Shown in pieces: positions 1-10,372 of a stretch of 64,000 bases of DNA (positions are counted from its first letter, which is position 1; each line of letters opens with the position of its first letter). The DNA lies in the NCBI GenBank assembly GCA_026413865.1, contig JAOAKB010000004.1, positions 1,664-65,663 on the forward strand. The letters are read 5' to 3'. The notes beneath the pieces are model-generated. The model was given only the letters and a program-made list of their open reading frames with translations. It was not told where the DNA came from and did no database searches. A program made the translations under genes and the position numbers. This DNA comes from Nitrososphaeria archaeon. GTDB lineage: Archaea > Thermoproteota > Nitrososphaeria > JACIWG01.

Positions 1-1262
1 TTTGACATATACCTACTTACTATGAATGGTATTGACATGTTTTGGCTTAGAACAAGCTGTGAACCATCTCTTGAACCAATACACTGTATTGTTGCGTTAC
101 CATAATATATGCCAGGATTAACATTTGAGGCAATATATATTGGGCCAATAGAGAAGGAAGCAAATTCACCGTAGCCAAAATTAGCTTGCGATGTTGAATT
201 TATGATACTCTTCCCATAGGTGTCAATGAATCCTTTGGGAAGACTTACTATAATTAAAGTATCGCTTATAGTATATTCACCAAAATTTTGTACAATTAAA
301 TCCAAGATTATAGCACGGGAACCAGGATAGGCTCTTTCATAATTTCTCCAACTGATCTTCACGAGCCTAAGATTAGGTGAAGACTGTGCCATAATCTCAA
401 TATCTACTTGAATGGTATAAGATTGCACGTTTACAGCATTACCATAGCCTATAAAAGTGCAGTTAAAATCAAGTGGTAAACTATAAGTTCCAGGTCCAAT
501 GTTCACTGGTATCGAAATCTGATCAAATACTAGTGTAAAAATTTCATTTTTTCCTACACCATTTATTGTTGTAGTTGATATTTCAGGATAGAGAATACCA
601 TCTGAATCTAATTCAGCATCTATCCTGTTTACAGTTTCTTCACCCAAATTTTTTATTACAAAATTTAAATTGAGATTTCTGGCACCACTTGAGCCACTAA
701 CCCTATAGCCTGCAGATGTTGTCCAGTACGATTCAATAAAATCGAAGCTAAATTTTGGGAAATCGCTTACAGTAAACCATACACTAATATTTTCACGTTC
801 AACATAATAGTTTGAACCACTTACATACGAAAATTCTATTAAAGCAGTACAATTATAGTCCTTAGTCTCAGCATCATCCAAAACGTTTAACAGGAAATTT
901 GATTGAAAAACTTCACCAGAATTTACATAATATCTTATTGAGTCACCATCCTGCACATATCCCCTAGAGGTAATGTTATCTTTACCATCATAACTTTCTA
1001 TTCCAATAGGAAGATACAATGTAACATAAACACTAACCAAATTTGAACCAAAATCGTTTCTAACTAATACAATAAGATTAACATTAGAACTTCCAGGATA
1101 AACCCTTTGTGGACTAGCTAAGGAACCCCACTGTGAACCCAAAAACTTAAAATAAGAATCTACTTGAGCTTCAACAACAAAATTAAGGTTAAGCATACTA
1201 AATACCATACTATGCAAAATTACTAAGATAAGGACAAAAGAAAAAAACTTCTTAACCTTCAT
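1..1262 (-). CDS. Secreted repeat-domain protein (CARDB / archaeal S-layer-domain-like); its 3' end runs off the window edge
   Basis: ATG at 1262-1260 follows a GTGGGGG Shine-Dalgarno-like element. My own translation begins MKVKKFFSFVLILVILHSMVFSMLNLNFVVEAQVDSYF..., which looks like a signal peptide. The first ~40 codons were checked codon by codon and the rest was read more loosely with no stop noticed down to position 3. Beta-sandwich-like modules recur (LIVLVRNDFGSNLVSV, NFVIKNLGEETV, LDLIVQNFGEYTI). The ORF track lacks it, presumably because no stop falls inside the window. No competing ORF of 60 aa or more exists in 1-1262. Confidence 0.7.
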   Translation of the reverse strand, partial: MKVKKFFSFVLILVILHSMVFSMLNLNFVVEAQVDSYFKFLGSQWGSLASPQRVYPGSSNVNLIVLVRNDFGSNLVSVYVTLYLPIGIESYDGKDNITSRGYVQDGDSIRYYVNSGEVFQSNFLLNVLDDAETKDYNCTALIEFSYVSGSNYYVERENISVWFTVSDFPKFSFDFIESYWTTSAGYRVSGSSGARNLNLNFVIKNLGEETVNRIDAELDSDGILYPEISTTTINGVGKNEIFTLVFDQISIPVNIGPGTYSLPLDFNCTFIGYGNAVNVQSYTIQVDIEIMAQSSPNLRLVKISWRNYERAYPGSRAIILDLIVQNFGEYTISDTLIIVSLPKGFIDTYGKSIINSTSQANFGYGEFASFSIGPIYIASNVNPGIYYGNATIQCIGSRDGSQLVLSQNMSIPFIVSRYMS

Positions 1263-1324
1263 AGCCCCCACTCAACGACATTATATTTAAATTTCCTATA
1301 TACATTACTTTATAAACTATTGTA

Positions 1325-2047
1325 TTATTTCAAAAAAACACATTTTGTCGGATCAGGCACTTCCTCTCCACTGATCCTACCATCCCTAATATACAAAATT
1401 CTCTTCGAACATAATGCTACTTCAGGATTATGGGTTACCATAACTATCGTCTTACCAAGAACATTTAGTCTTGAAAAGGTTTGCATCACAATTTTCGACG
1501 AAGCCGTATCAAGATTGCCTGTAGGTTCGTCAGCCAATATAATTTCAGGATCACCCACAATGGCCCTAGCTATAGCAACACGCTGCTGTTGTCCTCCAGA
1601 AAGCTGATTAGGTTTCTTATAAAGCCAATCCTTTTCACCACCAGCCATCTCCAAAGCTTTTATAGCCAACTTAACACGCTCACTTCTAGGCAAACCTCTT
1701 AAAAGAAGTGGGACTTCAATATTTTCTAGAACAGACATTCTGTTAATAAGATTATATTGTTGAAAGACAAAACCAATCTTCCTATTCCTAAGTTGAGAAA
1801 GTTGGTCATCGTTCAATTTTGCCGTGTCAACACCCTCAAGAAGAACCTTTCCATAAGAAGGTTTATCAAGTAAACCTATTATGTTCATTAAAGTTGTTTT
1901 ACCATGGCCAGATGGACCCATTATAGCCAAAAATTCTCTTTCACAAACCTCTAAACTTACGTCTCTAAGAGCCCAAAACTCGTTACCTCCACTAATCCTA
2001 TAAACCTTTGACACGTTCACAACTTCTATCAACTTTTTCCTTTCCAT
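1325..2047 (-). CDS. ABC transporter ATP-binding protein (MacB/LolD/SalX-like)
   Basis: Walker A GPSGHGKTT, signature LSGGQQQRVAIARA, Walker B ILADEPTGNLD, H-loop VTHN. I prefer the ATG at 2047 (MERKKLIEV) over the upstream ORF-track start. Confidence 0.9.
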   Translation of the reverse strand: MERKKLIEVVNVSKVYRISGGNEFWALRDVSLEVCEREFLAIMGPSGHGKTTLMNIIGLLDKPSYGKVLLEGVDTAKLNDDQLSQLRNRKIGFVFQQYNLINRMSVLENIEVPLLLRGLPRSERVKLAIKALEMAGGEKDWLYKKPNQLSGGQQQRVAIARAIVGDPEIILADEPTGNLDTASSKIVMQTFSRLNVLGKTIVMVTHNPEVALCSKRILYIRDGRISGEEVPDPTKCVFLK

Positions 2048-2128
2048 ACAAATTCCCCTCAACAAGCTAGTCCAAAAACATGCAATTCATCTTTTTAACA
2101 TTTAACCCACATCATATATTGTAATAAG

Positions 2129-2136
2129 TTTTTATA
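2129..2136 (+). promoter_or_regulatory. TATA-like box (TTTTTATA) about 24 nt upstream of the ilvC ATG, implying a leaderless or very short leader transcript
   Basis: Sequence tttttata at 2129-2136. The spacing to the ATG at 2157 fits archaeal TATA-to-TSS geometry. AT-rich background makes this weak. Confidence 0.3.
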
Positions 2137-2156
2137 CACTTACCTTATAAGGTTTC

Positions 2157-3176
2157 ATGATAAAATTGAACAAGAGAATATTTTTGGATGGAGACATTTC
2201 TTTGTTAAAAGATAAGACCATTTCAGTCATAGGATATGGAAACCAAGGGAGGGCACAGGCAAGAATTTTGAAAGAAGTTAATGGTTTAAACGTTATAGTT
2301 GGAAATATAAGGGACAAAAGCTGGGATCAGGCAGTATTAGATGGCTTCAAAGTTTATAGCATAAGCGAGGCTTCAAAGTTAGCGGATGTTCTAATGATAC
2401 TTTTACCAGACGAGGTTGCACCAGAAGTTTACACAAAAGAAATTTTGCCAAACATAGAAAAGAAAGAGTTTTGTGTTATAGACTTTGCAAGCGGATACAA
2501 TATCACATATGGTTATATAAGACCTCCAGTCAACTCAGACCTAATTCTTGTGGCACCCAGAATGATTGGAGCAGGGATAACAGATGTTGTGATGGTTAAG
2601 AAAAGGGGATTTCCAGTACTTTTGGGGGTTCACCAGAACATTTCAGGTAAAGCATGGGATTACGCTTTAGCCTTGGCGAAAGGCATTGGAGCATTCTTAC
2701 CTGGAGGGGTTGCTGTAGAATCTAGTTTCGAAGAGGAAACGCTTATAGACCTTTTTAGTGAACAGTTTCTAGCACCAAGCCTAATAGCTTCTATGGTAGC
2801 ATCTTTTGAAGTTCTGACTGAAGAGTTTGGTGTTTCACCTGAGGCAGCACTTCTAGAACTTTATGCTTCAGGAGAAATGAGTGAAGTGTTTCAGGCGATG
2901 GCTGACATTGGATTCTTTAAGCAGCTAAAATATCATTCTAGAACAAGCCAATATGGCCAGCTAACAAACGCTTTTAAAATGTACAATAGTCCAGAACTTA
3001 AGGAAAACATTAGGAGAACATTATATAAGATATATGATGGAAGTTTTGCAAAAGAATGGGCTATGGAACAGAATCTTGGAAACCCAGTATTTAACAGACT
3101 ATGGAAAATATTTGAGGAATCCAAGATGTCTAAGGCTGAAGACAAATTATATAGAATTTTAAAGAGAAGAGAGTAA
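2157..3176 (+). CDS. ilvC: Ketol-acid reductoisomerase (class I)
   Basis: N-terminal Rossmann motif ISVIGYGNQGRAQARIL. Length of 339 aa and the C-terminal knotted-domain-like region are typical of class I KARI. Confidence 0.9.
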   Translation: MIKLNKRIFLDGDISLLKDKTISVIGYGNQGRAQARILKEVNGLNVIVGNIRDKSWDQAVLDGFKVYSISEASKLADVLMILLPDEVAPEVYTKEILPNIEKKEFCVIDFASGYNITYGYIRPPVNSDLILVAPRMIGAGITDVVMVKKRGFPVLLGVHQNISGKAWDYALALAKGIGAFLPGGVAVESSFEEETLIDLFSEQFLAPSLIASMVASFEVLTEEFGVSPEAALLELYASGEMSEVFQAMADIGFFKQLKYHSRTSQYGQLTNAFKMYNSPELKENIRRTLYKIYDGSFAKEWAMEQNLGNPVFNRLWKIFEESKMSKAEDKLYRILKRRE

Positions 3177-3188
3177 ACAGTTATCCTA

Positions 3189-4367
3189 CTATTCTCTCCT
3201 AAAACTTTTTTTAAGACATAAGAGAGCGAAAGCCTGCGTTAATATAGCGTACAATATAATATATATTATTTCGGTACCAGTGTCCAAAAATAGGCCGAAG
3301 ACAACACCACTTAAAAGGAAGCCTACACCATATATAGTATTAAATATACCATATGCGGTTCCATGAGATTCTTTTGGAACATAATATGATACTGCAGCCC
3401 TATAAACAGATTCTTGCATACCCAAAACAATGCCATACAAAACACATGATACAATAAGGTAAGTTAAGTCTAATGCGTAAAAAGCAAAAAAACATGTGAA
3501 TATTGAGAGAATAAATGGTGTTATCAAAATCCTTGTGCCAACACGATCAAAAACTATTCCAGAAAACAAAGCAGAAGGAGCATCAATCAACTGTATAAGC
3601 ATAAAAAGCAGAGGCACAACCCATTCCATACCAGATGGAACTAAAATAGTTGAAGCCTTATAGAGTATAAGTGAGGCTGGAACCAGTCCTAAAACATTAG
3701 AAAAAACAGCTAGGGAGTATACGTAAAAATCTTTAGAAAAAGTTTTGGACAGAAGTCTATCACCAGAACTTCGTCCCTCAGAAACTTTAAGCCTAACTTT
3801 ATAATATACATAAAATAGTATAGCAACAAGTATAATGTAGGGTACAAAAAGTGATGCAAAAGTAACTGAGTAATTATTAAATGTAAGCAGTATTATAGAA
3901 ACAAATAATGGACCTAAAACTGCACCAACCTGGTCTAGAAGTTCATGCAACCCGAAGGCTTTACCAACACCAACACCCTTACTAACAATAGAGACGATAG
4001 CGTCTCTTGCAGGAGCTCTAATAGCCTTACCAATCCTTTCCATTACAACCAAAAAGGCAGCGGCAAACCAAAAGTTGGTTACCGAAAGAAGAGGTATTGT
4101 TACAATAAGACCATATCCTATAAACATGAACATCCAATATGTACCACTTTTATCGGACAAGTATCCACTGATAAGCCTTATAGCATATCCTAAAAAATCT
4201 CCAAGGCCAGTGACAAAGCCTACAATAAAAGCTGAAGCACCTAAAATCTGAAGATAAGATGGTATAATTCCTCTACCACCCTCATAAACGATATCACCCA
4301 TCATACTAACTATTCCAATAAGAGTTATCGTAAAATATACAGATTTGGTTCTATCATCCAATACCAA
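3189..4367 (-). CDS. MFS-type transporter
   Basis: 392 aa with about 12 hydrophobic segments. Contains an MFS-like loop GKAIRAPARDA. A TTG start immediately follows the dys stop codon. Confidence 0.7.
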   Translation of the reverse strand: MVLDDRTKSVYFTITLIGIVSMMGDIVYEGGRGIIPSYLQILGASAFIVGFVTGLGDFLGYAIRLISGYLSDKSGTYWMFMFIGYGLIVTIPLLSVTNFWFAAAFLVVMERIGKAIRAPARDAIVSIVSKGVGVGKAFGLHELLDQVGAVLGPLFVSIILLTFNNYSVTFASLFVPYIILVAILFYVYYKVRLKVSEGRSSGDRLLSKTFSKDFYVYSLAVFSNVLGLVPASLILYKASTILVPSGMEWVVPLLFMLIQLIDAPSALFSGIVFDRVGTRILITPFILSIFTCFFAFYALDLTYLIVSCVLYGIVLGMQESVYRAAVSYYVPKESHGTAYGIFNTIYGVGFLLSGVVFGLFLDTGTEIIYIILYAILTQAFALLCLKKSFRRE

Positions 4368-5450
4368 TCACTTTATTTTAAGATTATAGGCACTCTTTAA
4401 TCGTTCTAGAAAATCTTTTCTTTCCAAATAAAGGTTTTTATGAGAGCATACATAGTTTTTAGAGAACATGTAGGAAAACAGTAATGGTGCTGAGACAGTA
4501 ATATCCATGTAGACAGTGACCTTATTTATATCCTCACGTGGCCTAATCTTACCCCAAGAAACAGCCTCCTGTAAAGTGGCACCAGATAAACCACCATACT
4601 GTGGAACATCAACAGTAAGTTGTATAACATAATCATGACCACCTCTACCAATGCCAAGTATTTGATCAAGCATGGGCTGAGTTTGAAAATAAAAATTTTT
4701 AGGAGAACCGCCACCCAAAACAATAACACCATTACTTTCACTACAATAAACTATTGCAGCAGTTTCAAGAACATCTAAGTCTGGGTCAATAATTATTCCC
4801 TTCCTATCAATTTTTACTTTTGCAACATTCATTCCAATACTTGAATCGCCCGAAGAAGGGGCATAGATGGGCACATTATATTTTGCTGCCATAGCAAGAA
4901 TCGATTCTTCAGGATTTGGAGCATTTTCAAGAAGCCACTTACCAAGAAGATAGTGAAAGTCTGAAGTTGAAAGTGGGCTACTAACTTTTTCGCTAATTTC
5001 ATAAACAATCTTTTGAACAGCCTTATCTGTTTCAAAAAGAGTTTCATCAGGAATAAAGATATCATATATTCTAACAATACCATGTTTCAAAAGCTTTTCA
5101 TCATCAACATTAGATGAGCCTTGATAAATTGGTAGATTTAAAGCAAAATGCATATCATGATAAAGGTTCGCTCCAGTTGAAATGATCATGTCAATGAGAC
5201 CTCTTTCCATTGCATGTATAATGTAACTTCCTAAGCCTGTTGGCGTAAAGGCGCCTGCAAGTGTCAGTGCAACTGTTGAACCAACCTTAACCATCTTCTC
5301 GTATACCCTACATGCCTCAGCAAGCCTTCCAGCATTATATGCGCCTGAAAGGTCAAAATTTTCTATAATATCAAGTATGTTAGAAAAGGTTTTCGGTTTA
5401 ATAGCTCTAATTCTCTTACCAGAAAGAAAATCTTCTCTCCTCTCCATCAA
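4368..5450 (-). CDS. dys: Deoxyhypusine synthase
   Basis: Family-typical blocks LAGAFTPTGLG, ISTGANLYHD and VLGGGSPKNF. This enzyme is an archaeal/eukaryotic marker. Confidence 0.85.
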   Translation of the reverse strand: MMERREDFLSGKRIRAIKPKTFSNILDIIENFDLSGAYNAGRLAEACRVYEKMVKVGSTVALTLAGAFTPTGLGSYIIHAMERGLIDMIISTGANLYHDMHFALNLPIYQGSSNVDDEKLLKHGIVRIYDIFIPDETLFETDKAVQKIVYEISEKVSSPLSTSDFHYLLGKWLLENAPNPEESILAMAAKYNVPIYAPSSGDSSIGMNVAKVKIDRKGIIIDPDLDVLETAAIVYCSESNGVIVLGGGSPKNFYFQTQPMLDQILGIGRGGHDYVIQLTVDVPQYGGLSGATLQEAVSWGKIRPREDINKVTVYMDITVSAPLLFSYMFSKNYVCSHKNLYLERKDFLERLKSAYNLKIK

Positions 5451-5465
5451 CGCCTTTCTACTACA

Positions 5466-5510
5466 CTATACATTTAAACTTATTTTAAAAAAATTAAAAA
5501 TAAAAAAATG
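5466..5510 (-). terminator. Oligo-T rich stretch downstream of the ABC substrate-binding gene (candidate archaeal terminator)
   Basis: The minus strand reads ttttttaacatttttttatttttaattttttt directly after the stop of 5526..6776. Archaeal termination uses oligo-T tracts. Confidence 0.3.
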
Positions 5511-5525
5511 TTAAAAAATTGGAGA

Positions 5526-6776
5526 CTATTTTGGAAGAGGAGTTTGAACCCCTTCAACATGCCAGTCCATGTTCCAGAGAATATCGTGTGTAGCCCTTTC
5601 TCCATCCTTTAATCTAACATTTCCATCCATATCTTTTATTGGACCAGTAAATGGTTCGAACAACATTTCCTTCATCTGCTGCCATCTTAAAGCAATTAAG
5701 GCTCTAACATTTTCTGGAATCACAGGATTTAATGGAGCAAGGTAGACAGCTCCATCATATTCAACCTTCGGATTTTGAAGATTAGCCCACTTATATGCCA
5801 TATAATCGCCTACTCTAGCCCAAATATCGACACTCCTCCAGCTTCTTGCATAAACTTGTGTGACAAAATCAACGTATATTGGGCCCCAATTTACTATCTG
5901 GCCTGTAAGGTGGGCGTTTGGACCTTCCTTACTCATATCACTATAATGACTGAAGCTCCAGACCCTTTTACCCTTCTTCTGATACGATTCAGCAACCTGT
6001 AGAACTGTGGGGGTATCTTCTGTGAAAGCTAACACATCCGCATTATTATTTTCAACAAGGCTTGTTGCAGCCTTATTTGCACCTTCTGGGTCAAACCATG
6101 CGTTCAGCCACTGAACATAAACTTTAATATTTTTACCTCTAGCCTTAGCAGACTCTTTAGCACCCAATACAAAAGCATTTATGTGCCTAATAACTTCAGG
6201 AATAGGTATAGCGCCAACGTAGCCTAAAACACCTGTTTCTGTTACAGCACCGGCTGCAAGACCGTTCAGGTAATATAGTTGATAGAATTCAGCAAAATAT
6301 GCACTAAGATTTTGAGGAGCATTTCCAGCTGCGCCACTCTTGTATCCGGAACAGTGTGCAAAGTATAAGTCAGGATGTTTTTGTGCAGCTTCAGCAGTAC
6401 CTTCCATAAAACCGAAACTTGTTGTAAAGATTATGTTAGCACCTTGGCCTATTAACGTTTCTATAGCACCCTGAACCTTAGCTTCTTCAACACTTTCAAC
6501 AATTTTTGTTTCAAGCCATGGGCACACCTTTTTCGCGTAAGCTCTACCTGCATCGTGTGCGTGAGTCCAACCATAGTCTGAAACAGGTCCGACATAAACA
6601 AATCCTGCTACAACCTTCCTTTCAGCAGCCTGAGTAGTAGTTTTTGTAACAGTCTGTGTAACAGGAGCGCGTCCACCACCAGCTGCGACATAACCTAATC
6701 CTGCGCCAACTGCAACGCCACCTAAAGCGAAGGCAGCATCTCTTAGAAAACTTCTTCTAGACTTCTCAACACTCAT
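5526..6776 (-). CDS. BMP-family (basic membrane protein/PnrA-like) ABC substrate-binding protein with a twin-arginine signal
   Basis: The N-terminus SRRSFLRDAAFALGGVAVGAG is a Tat motif. A Thr-rich linker follows. BMP-like blocks are present and the gene sits in an operon with two BMP-type permeases and a duplicated ATPase. Confidence 0.85.
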   Translation of the reverse strand: MSVEKSRRSFLRDAAFALGGVAVGAGLGYVAAGGGRAPVTQTVTKTTTQAAERKVVAGFVYVGPVSDYGWTHAHDAGRAYAKKVCPWLETKIVESVEEAKVQGAIETLIGQGANIIFTTSFGFMEGTAEAAQKHPDLYFAHCSGYKSGAAGNAPQNLSAYFAEFYQLYYLNGLAAGAVTETGVLGYVGAIPIPEVIRHINAFVLGAKESAKARGKNIKVYVQWLNAWFDPEGANKAATSLVENNNADVLAFTEDTPTVLQVAESYQKKGKRVWSFSHYSDMSKEGPNAHLTGQIVNWGPIYVDFVTQVYARSWRSVDIWARVGDYMAYKWANLQNPKVEYDGAVYLAPLNPVIPENVRALIALRWQQMKEMLFEPFTGPIKDMDGNVRLKDGERATHDILWNMDWHVEGVQTPLPK

Positions 6777-6834
6777 ATTTAACTCATTATAGTAAAAATT
6801 ATAATACTATATAACTTTTATTTACAAGTTTATG

Positions 6835-7770
6835 TTAAAGTTCTCTAGTATATGGTTTGCCAAGTGATGCAGGCATTTTACGTCTACGGAATCTTGTCGA
6901 AGAGAATATGACCAACACAACTATGGTTAAAAGATATGGAAGCGTTCGGAAAAAGTCTGTGGGTATCATTCTAAAGCCTATCGACTGAAAAGTAGCGTTT
7001 AATGTTCCAACAAGACCAAAAAAGTATGCGCCAAAGAAAGCATACAATGGATTCCATGACGAGAATATTACAAGAGCGACAGCTATCCAACCTCTACCAG
7101 CCGTTATACCATCATACCAGCTTGGATAATAACCTAGAATTAGTAGAGCGCCTGAAACACCACATAATGCACCCCCAACTAAGGTTGCAATATACCTTGT
7201 CAAGAATACGTTTATGCCAAGAGAGTCCGCCATAGAAGGATTTTCGCCTACAGACCTTAAATTTAGACCAAAACTTGTCTTGTATAAAATGAACCATAAA
7301 ATTATAACCATAACATATGAGAAATATACTAGAGGGTTCTGGTTAAAGAAGGATGGGCCGATGACAGGTATTTCTGAAAGAACTGGAATTCTAATACTTT
7401 CAAGGGGCTCTATCCTAACTCTTGATAGAGCAAGCGGTCGGCCGATAAAGCTGCTTAATCCTAATCCAAGTATTGTTATTGCAAGACCGCTGACAGTCTG
7501 ATTTACCTTTAATGTTATAGAAACAAATGCATGTATGAGACTTAGCATGAGACCAGCGAAAGCCGCTGCCAAAGTTGCTATAACCCAATTGCCCGTAAGA
7601 TAATATACAATAAATGAGGATAAGGCACCAAAACACATAAGCCCCTCAACACCCAAATTCAATATTCCAGAACGTTCTGTAAATATTTCGCCTAAGGTAG
7701 CTATAAGCAGTATACTACCTTCCTGAACCATAAGAATAAACATTGTAGTCAATATTATCATAGGGTCCAA
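6835..7770 (-). CDS. ABC transporter permease (BMP/nucleoside-sugar type)
   Basis: 311 aa polytopic membrane protein adjacent to the BMP-type substrate-binding and ATPase genes. Confidence 0.8.
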   Translation of the reverse strand: MDPMIILTTMFILMVQEGSILLIATLGEIFTERSGILNLGVEGLMCFGALSSFIVYYLTGNWVIATLAAAFAGLMLSLIHAFVSITLKVNQTVSGLAITILGLGLSSFIGRPLALSRVRIEPLESIRIPVLSEIPVIGPSFFNQNPLVYFSYVMVIILWFILYKTSFGLNLRSVGENPSMADSLGINVFLTRYIATLVGGALCGVSGALLILGYYPSWYDGITAGRGWIAVALVIFSSWNPLYAFFGAYFFGLVGTLNATFQSIGFRMIPTDFFRTLPYLLTIVVLVIFSSTRFRRRKMPASLGKPYTREL

Positions 7771-7773
7771 TCT

Positions 7774-8838
7774 TTATCGCCTCCAGACAAGCTTATACCT
7801 TTTAAAGAATTCTCCAGAAAGAGTAGTGATTAATAAGAGCGCTTGAAAAACATCAGTTATGCCAACAGATAAACCCATAGAACCCTGCAAAACTTCACCG
7901 CCAACCAATAGGCCTCCAAAAAATATTGAACCCAAAACAATAATAAAGGGATTCAAATTACATAACCATGCAACAATTATTCCAGTATAACCGTATCCTG
8001 GCGAAAAGTCAGGCCTTAACCGACCTATTACACCACTCAATAAAGACATTCCAGCCAAACCAGATAAGCCAGCACTAATCGCCATAACCAAGCACACAAC
8101 CTTAGAATAAGATATACCAGCATATTTTGCTGCAGAATAGCTGTCACCAACAACCTTAACCTCAAAACCAAATTTTGTCTTAGCTAAAATAACATATATG
8201 GCTATTGCTGCAAATATTCCAATAAATATACTTGAGTTTATTGTTGTTCCAGGAATAAGAGGAAATCTAGCATATTCTGGAAAGGGTGGAGAATGTGGAA
8301 AACCATAACCTTTAGGATCCTTCCATGGACCAATAACAAGGTAATTAGATATTATCTGCGCAATATAGTTCATCATAAGAGTAGTTAAAACCTCGTTTGT
8401 TTCAAACCTGGCTTTAAGTAAAGCAGGTATAATACCCCATACACTAGAAAATAGAAAGACAAATATGATTGCAATCGGCATAAAAAGTGGGTCAGGCAAA
8501 AATCTGTTCTGGGCATTCCATAATACTAGGAAAGTGATAACTATACCGCCAACATAAATTTGGCCTTCACCACCAACAGAAATAAAATTAGCCTTGTACG
8601 CCAGAGTAAGGCCTAAGGCAACAAGCATTATGGGTATAGCCCTAACAACAGCCTCAGAAAGCAACGCAGAATTTGTAAATGATCTGAAAAGGTTGTAGTA
8701 TGCTAAAATTGGGTCAACATTAGAAAAAACAAATATTATACCTGAAATAATAAAGGCTGAGAGTATAGAGGCTAAGCTTATTGCAAAAGACATAAGAGTT
8801 GAAATTCTTTCTCGTGGAAAAAATTGTATTCTGTTCAA
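7774..8838 (-). CDS. ABC transporter permease (BMP/nucleoside-sugar type)
   Basis: 354 aa polytopic membrane protein, separated from the next permease by a 3-nt gap. Confidence 0.8.
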   Translation of the reverse strand: MNRIQFFPRERISTLMSFAISLASILSAFIISGIIFVFSNVDPILAYYNLFRSFTNSALLSEAVVRAIPIMLVALGLTLAYKANFISVGGEGQIYVGGIVITFLVLWNAQNRFLPDPLFMPIAIIFVFLFSSVWGIIPALLKARFETNEVLTTLMMNYIAQIISNYLVIGPWKDPKGYGFPHSPPFPEYARFPLIPGTTINSSIFIGIFAAIAIYVILAKTKFGFEVKVVGDSYSAAKYAGISYSKVVCLVMAISAGLSGLAGMSLLSGVIGRLRPDFSPGYGYTGIIVAWLCNLNPFIIVLGSIFFGGLLVGGEVLQGSMGLSVGITDVFQALLLITTLSGEFFKRYKLVWRR

Positions 8839-8848
8839 TAAAATTCAC

Positions 8849-10372
8849 CTACGAAACAGCCGATCCAGCCATCATCAACCCAATCTTTTCAACATCAGCC
8901 TTACCAGAATCCATTTCACCCACAATCCTTCCATCGAACATTACAAAAATTCTGTCAGATATTGAGAGAATTTCCTCCAAATCTTCTGAAAAAAAGATTA
9001 TTGCATTACCTTGATCCCTCATCTTTAACAAAAGCCTTCTAACATATTCAGTTGCACCAACGTCAAGACCACGTGTAGGATACATTGCTACAATCACACG
9101 ACCATCACCACCTACTAGGCTACTCAATTCCCTAGCCAAAACAACCTTCTGCAGATTTCCACCCGAAAGAAGCTTTACAGGAACCTTTACAGAAGGACAT
9201 ACTATTTCAAAATCATTAACAAGCCTTTCAGCAAACTTTTGAATAGAGTCAAAGTTCAAGAAAACGGAGTCACAGAAGGGGCGATTATTATAACTTTTAA
9301 GGACCAAGTTTTCTGCAACAGAAAGATTTGGAGCAGTACCAACACCAAGCCGCTCTTCTGGAATAAAAAGAACACCATTTTCAAAAAACCTTCTAGGAGA
9401 AGCGTTCGTCAAATCCTTATCTTTAACAAAAATTTTACCACTTGAAACACGCCTCAACCCAGTTATAGCTTCAGCTAACTCCCTCTGCCCATTTCCAGCA
9501 ATACCTGCGACGCCAACAATTTCACCACTATTCAAACTAAAACTTACATCCTTAAGCCTAAGGTTACCATCTTCATCCAGAACACGAATATTTTCGACTT
9601 TCAAAGCTAAACCTGACAATTTAGGCGGATATCTAGAATATTCAAAAATGACTGGTCTACCAATCATCAAATTAGCCAATTCAACCTTATTCGTTTCTTT
9701 TGTGACCTTTGTAGCAACATTTTTACCTCGCCTTAGAACAGTCACCCTATCACTAATTTCTAAAACTTCATCAAGCTTATGTGTAATAAATATTATACTT
9801 TTTCCCTTAGAAGACATTTCCCTTAAAGAAGAAAAAAGCTCTTTCTTTTCCTGAGGAGTCAAAACAGCAGTAGGCTCATCAAATATCATAATACGAACAT
9901 TCCTATATAGAAGCTTTAGAATTTCAACCCTCTGCCTTTCACCCATAGAAAGTTTCCAAACTTCAGAAAATGGGTCAACCATTAGACCAAAAGATGAAGC
10001 CAAATTTTTAATTTTTTCACCCGATTTTTTCAAGTCAAGGATAAAACCATTTTTTTCAGAACCTAAAATTACATTTTCTACAATAGTATGTGCTGGAACA
10101 AGTTTAAAATTTTGATGCACCATACCAATACCAAGTTTTATTGCATTACGTGGAGAACGAATAGAAACTTCTCTACCGTCAACCTTGATAACACCACTGT
10201 CCATCTTATAAATTCCATATAAAATGTTCATTAAAGTTGTTTTGCCAGCACCATTTTCACCTAAAAGAGCATGAATTTCACCAGCCTTCAAAGAAAAATT
10301 TACTCTATCGTTTGCAACAACACCGGGAAAGACCTTAACTATATCCACCATCTCCAGAAGATTTTCACTCAT
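8849..10372 (-). CDS. ABC transporter ATP-binding protein with duplicated ATPase domains
   Basis: First Walker A GENGAGKTT with signature LSMGERQRVEI. Second P-loop GIAGNGQRE with signature LSGGNLQKVVLAREL. I prefer the ATG at 10372 (MSENLLEM). Confidence 0.9.
   Translation of the reverse strand: MSENLLEMVDIVKVFPGVVANDRVNFSLKAGEIHALLGENGAGKTTLMNILYGIYKMDSGVIKVDGREVSIRSPRNAIKLGIGMVHQNFKLVPAHTIVENVILGSEKNGFILDLKKSGEKIKNLASSFGLMVDPFSEVWKLSMGERQRVEILKLLYRNVRIMIFDEPTAVLTPQEKKELFSSLREMSSKGKSIIFITHKLDEVLEISDRVTVLRRGKNVATKVTKETNKVELANLMIGRPVIFEYSRYPPKLSGLALKVENIRVLDEDGNLRLKDVSFSLNSGEIVGVAGIAGNGQRELAEAITGLRRVSSGKIFVKDKDLTNASPRRFFENGVLFIPEERLGVGTAPNLSVAENLVLKSYNNRPFCDSVFLNFDSIQKFAERLVNDFEIVCPSVKVPVKLLSGGNLQKVVLARELSSLVGGDGRVIVAMYPTRGLDVGATEYVRRLLLKMRDQGNAIIFFSEDLEEILSISDRIFVMFDGRIVGEMDSGKADVEKIGLMMAGSAVS

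Noticed and set aside
1320-1702. Plus-strand ORFs (95 aa and 73 aa) opposite the ABC ATPase gene.
   Set aside because: They are antisense shadows. The minus-strand product carries complete Walker A, signature and Walker B motifs.
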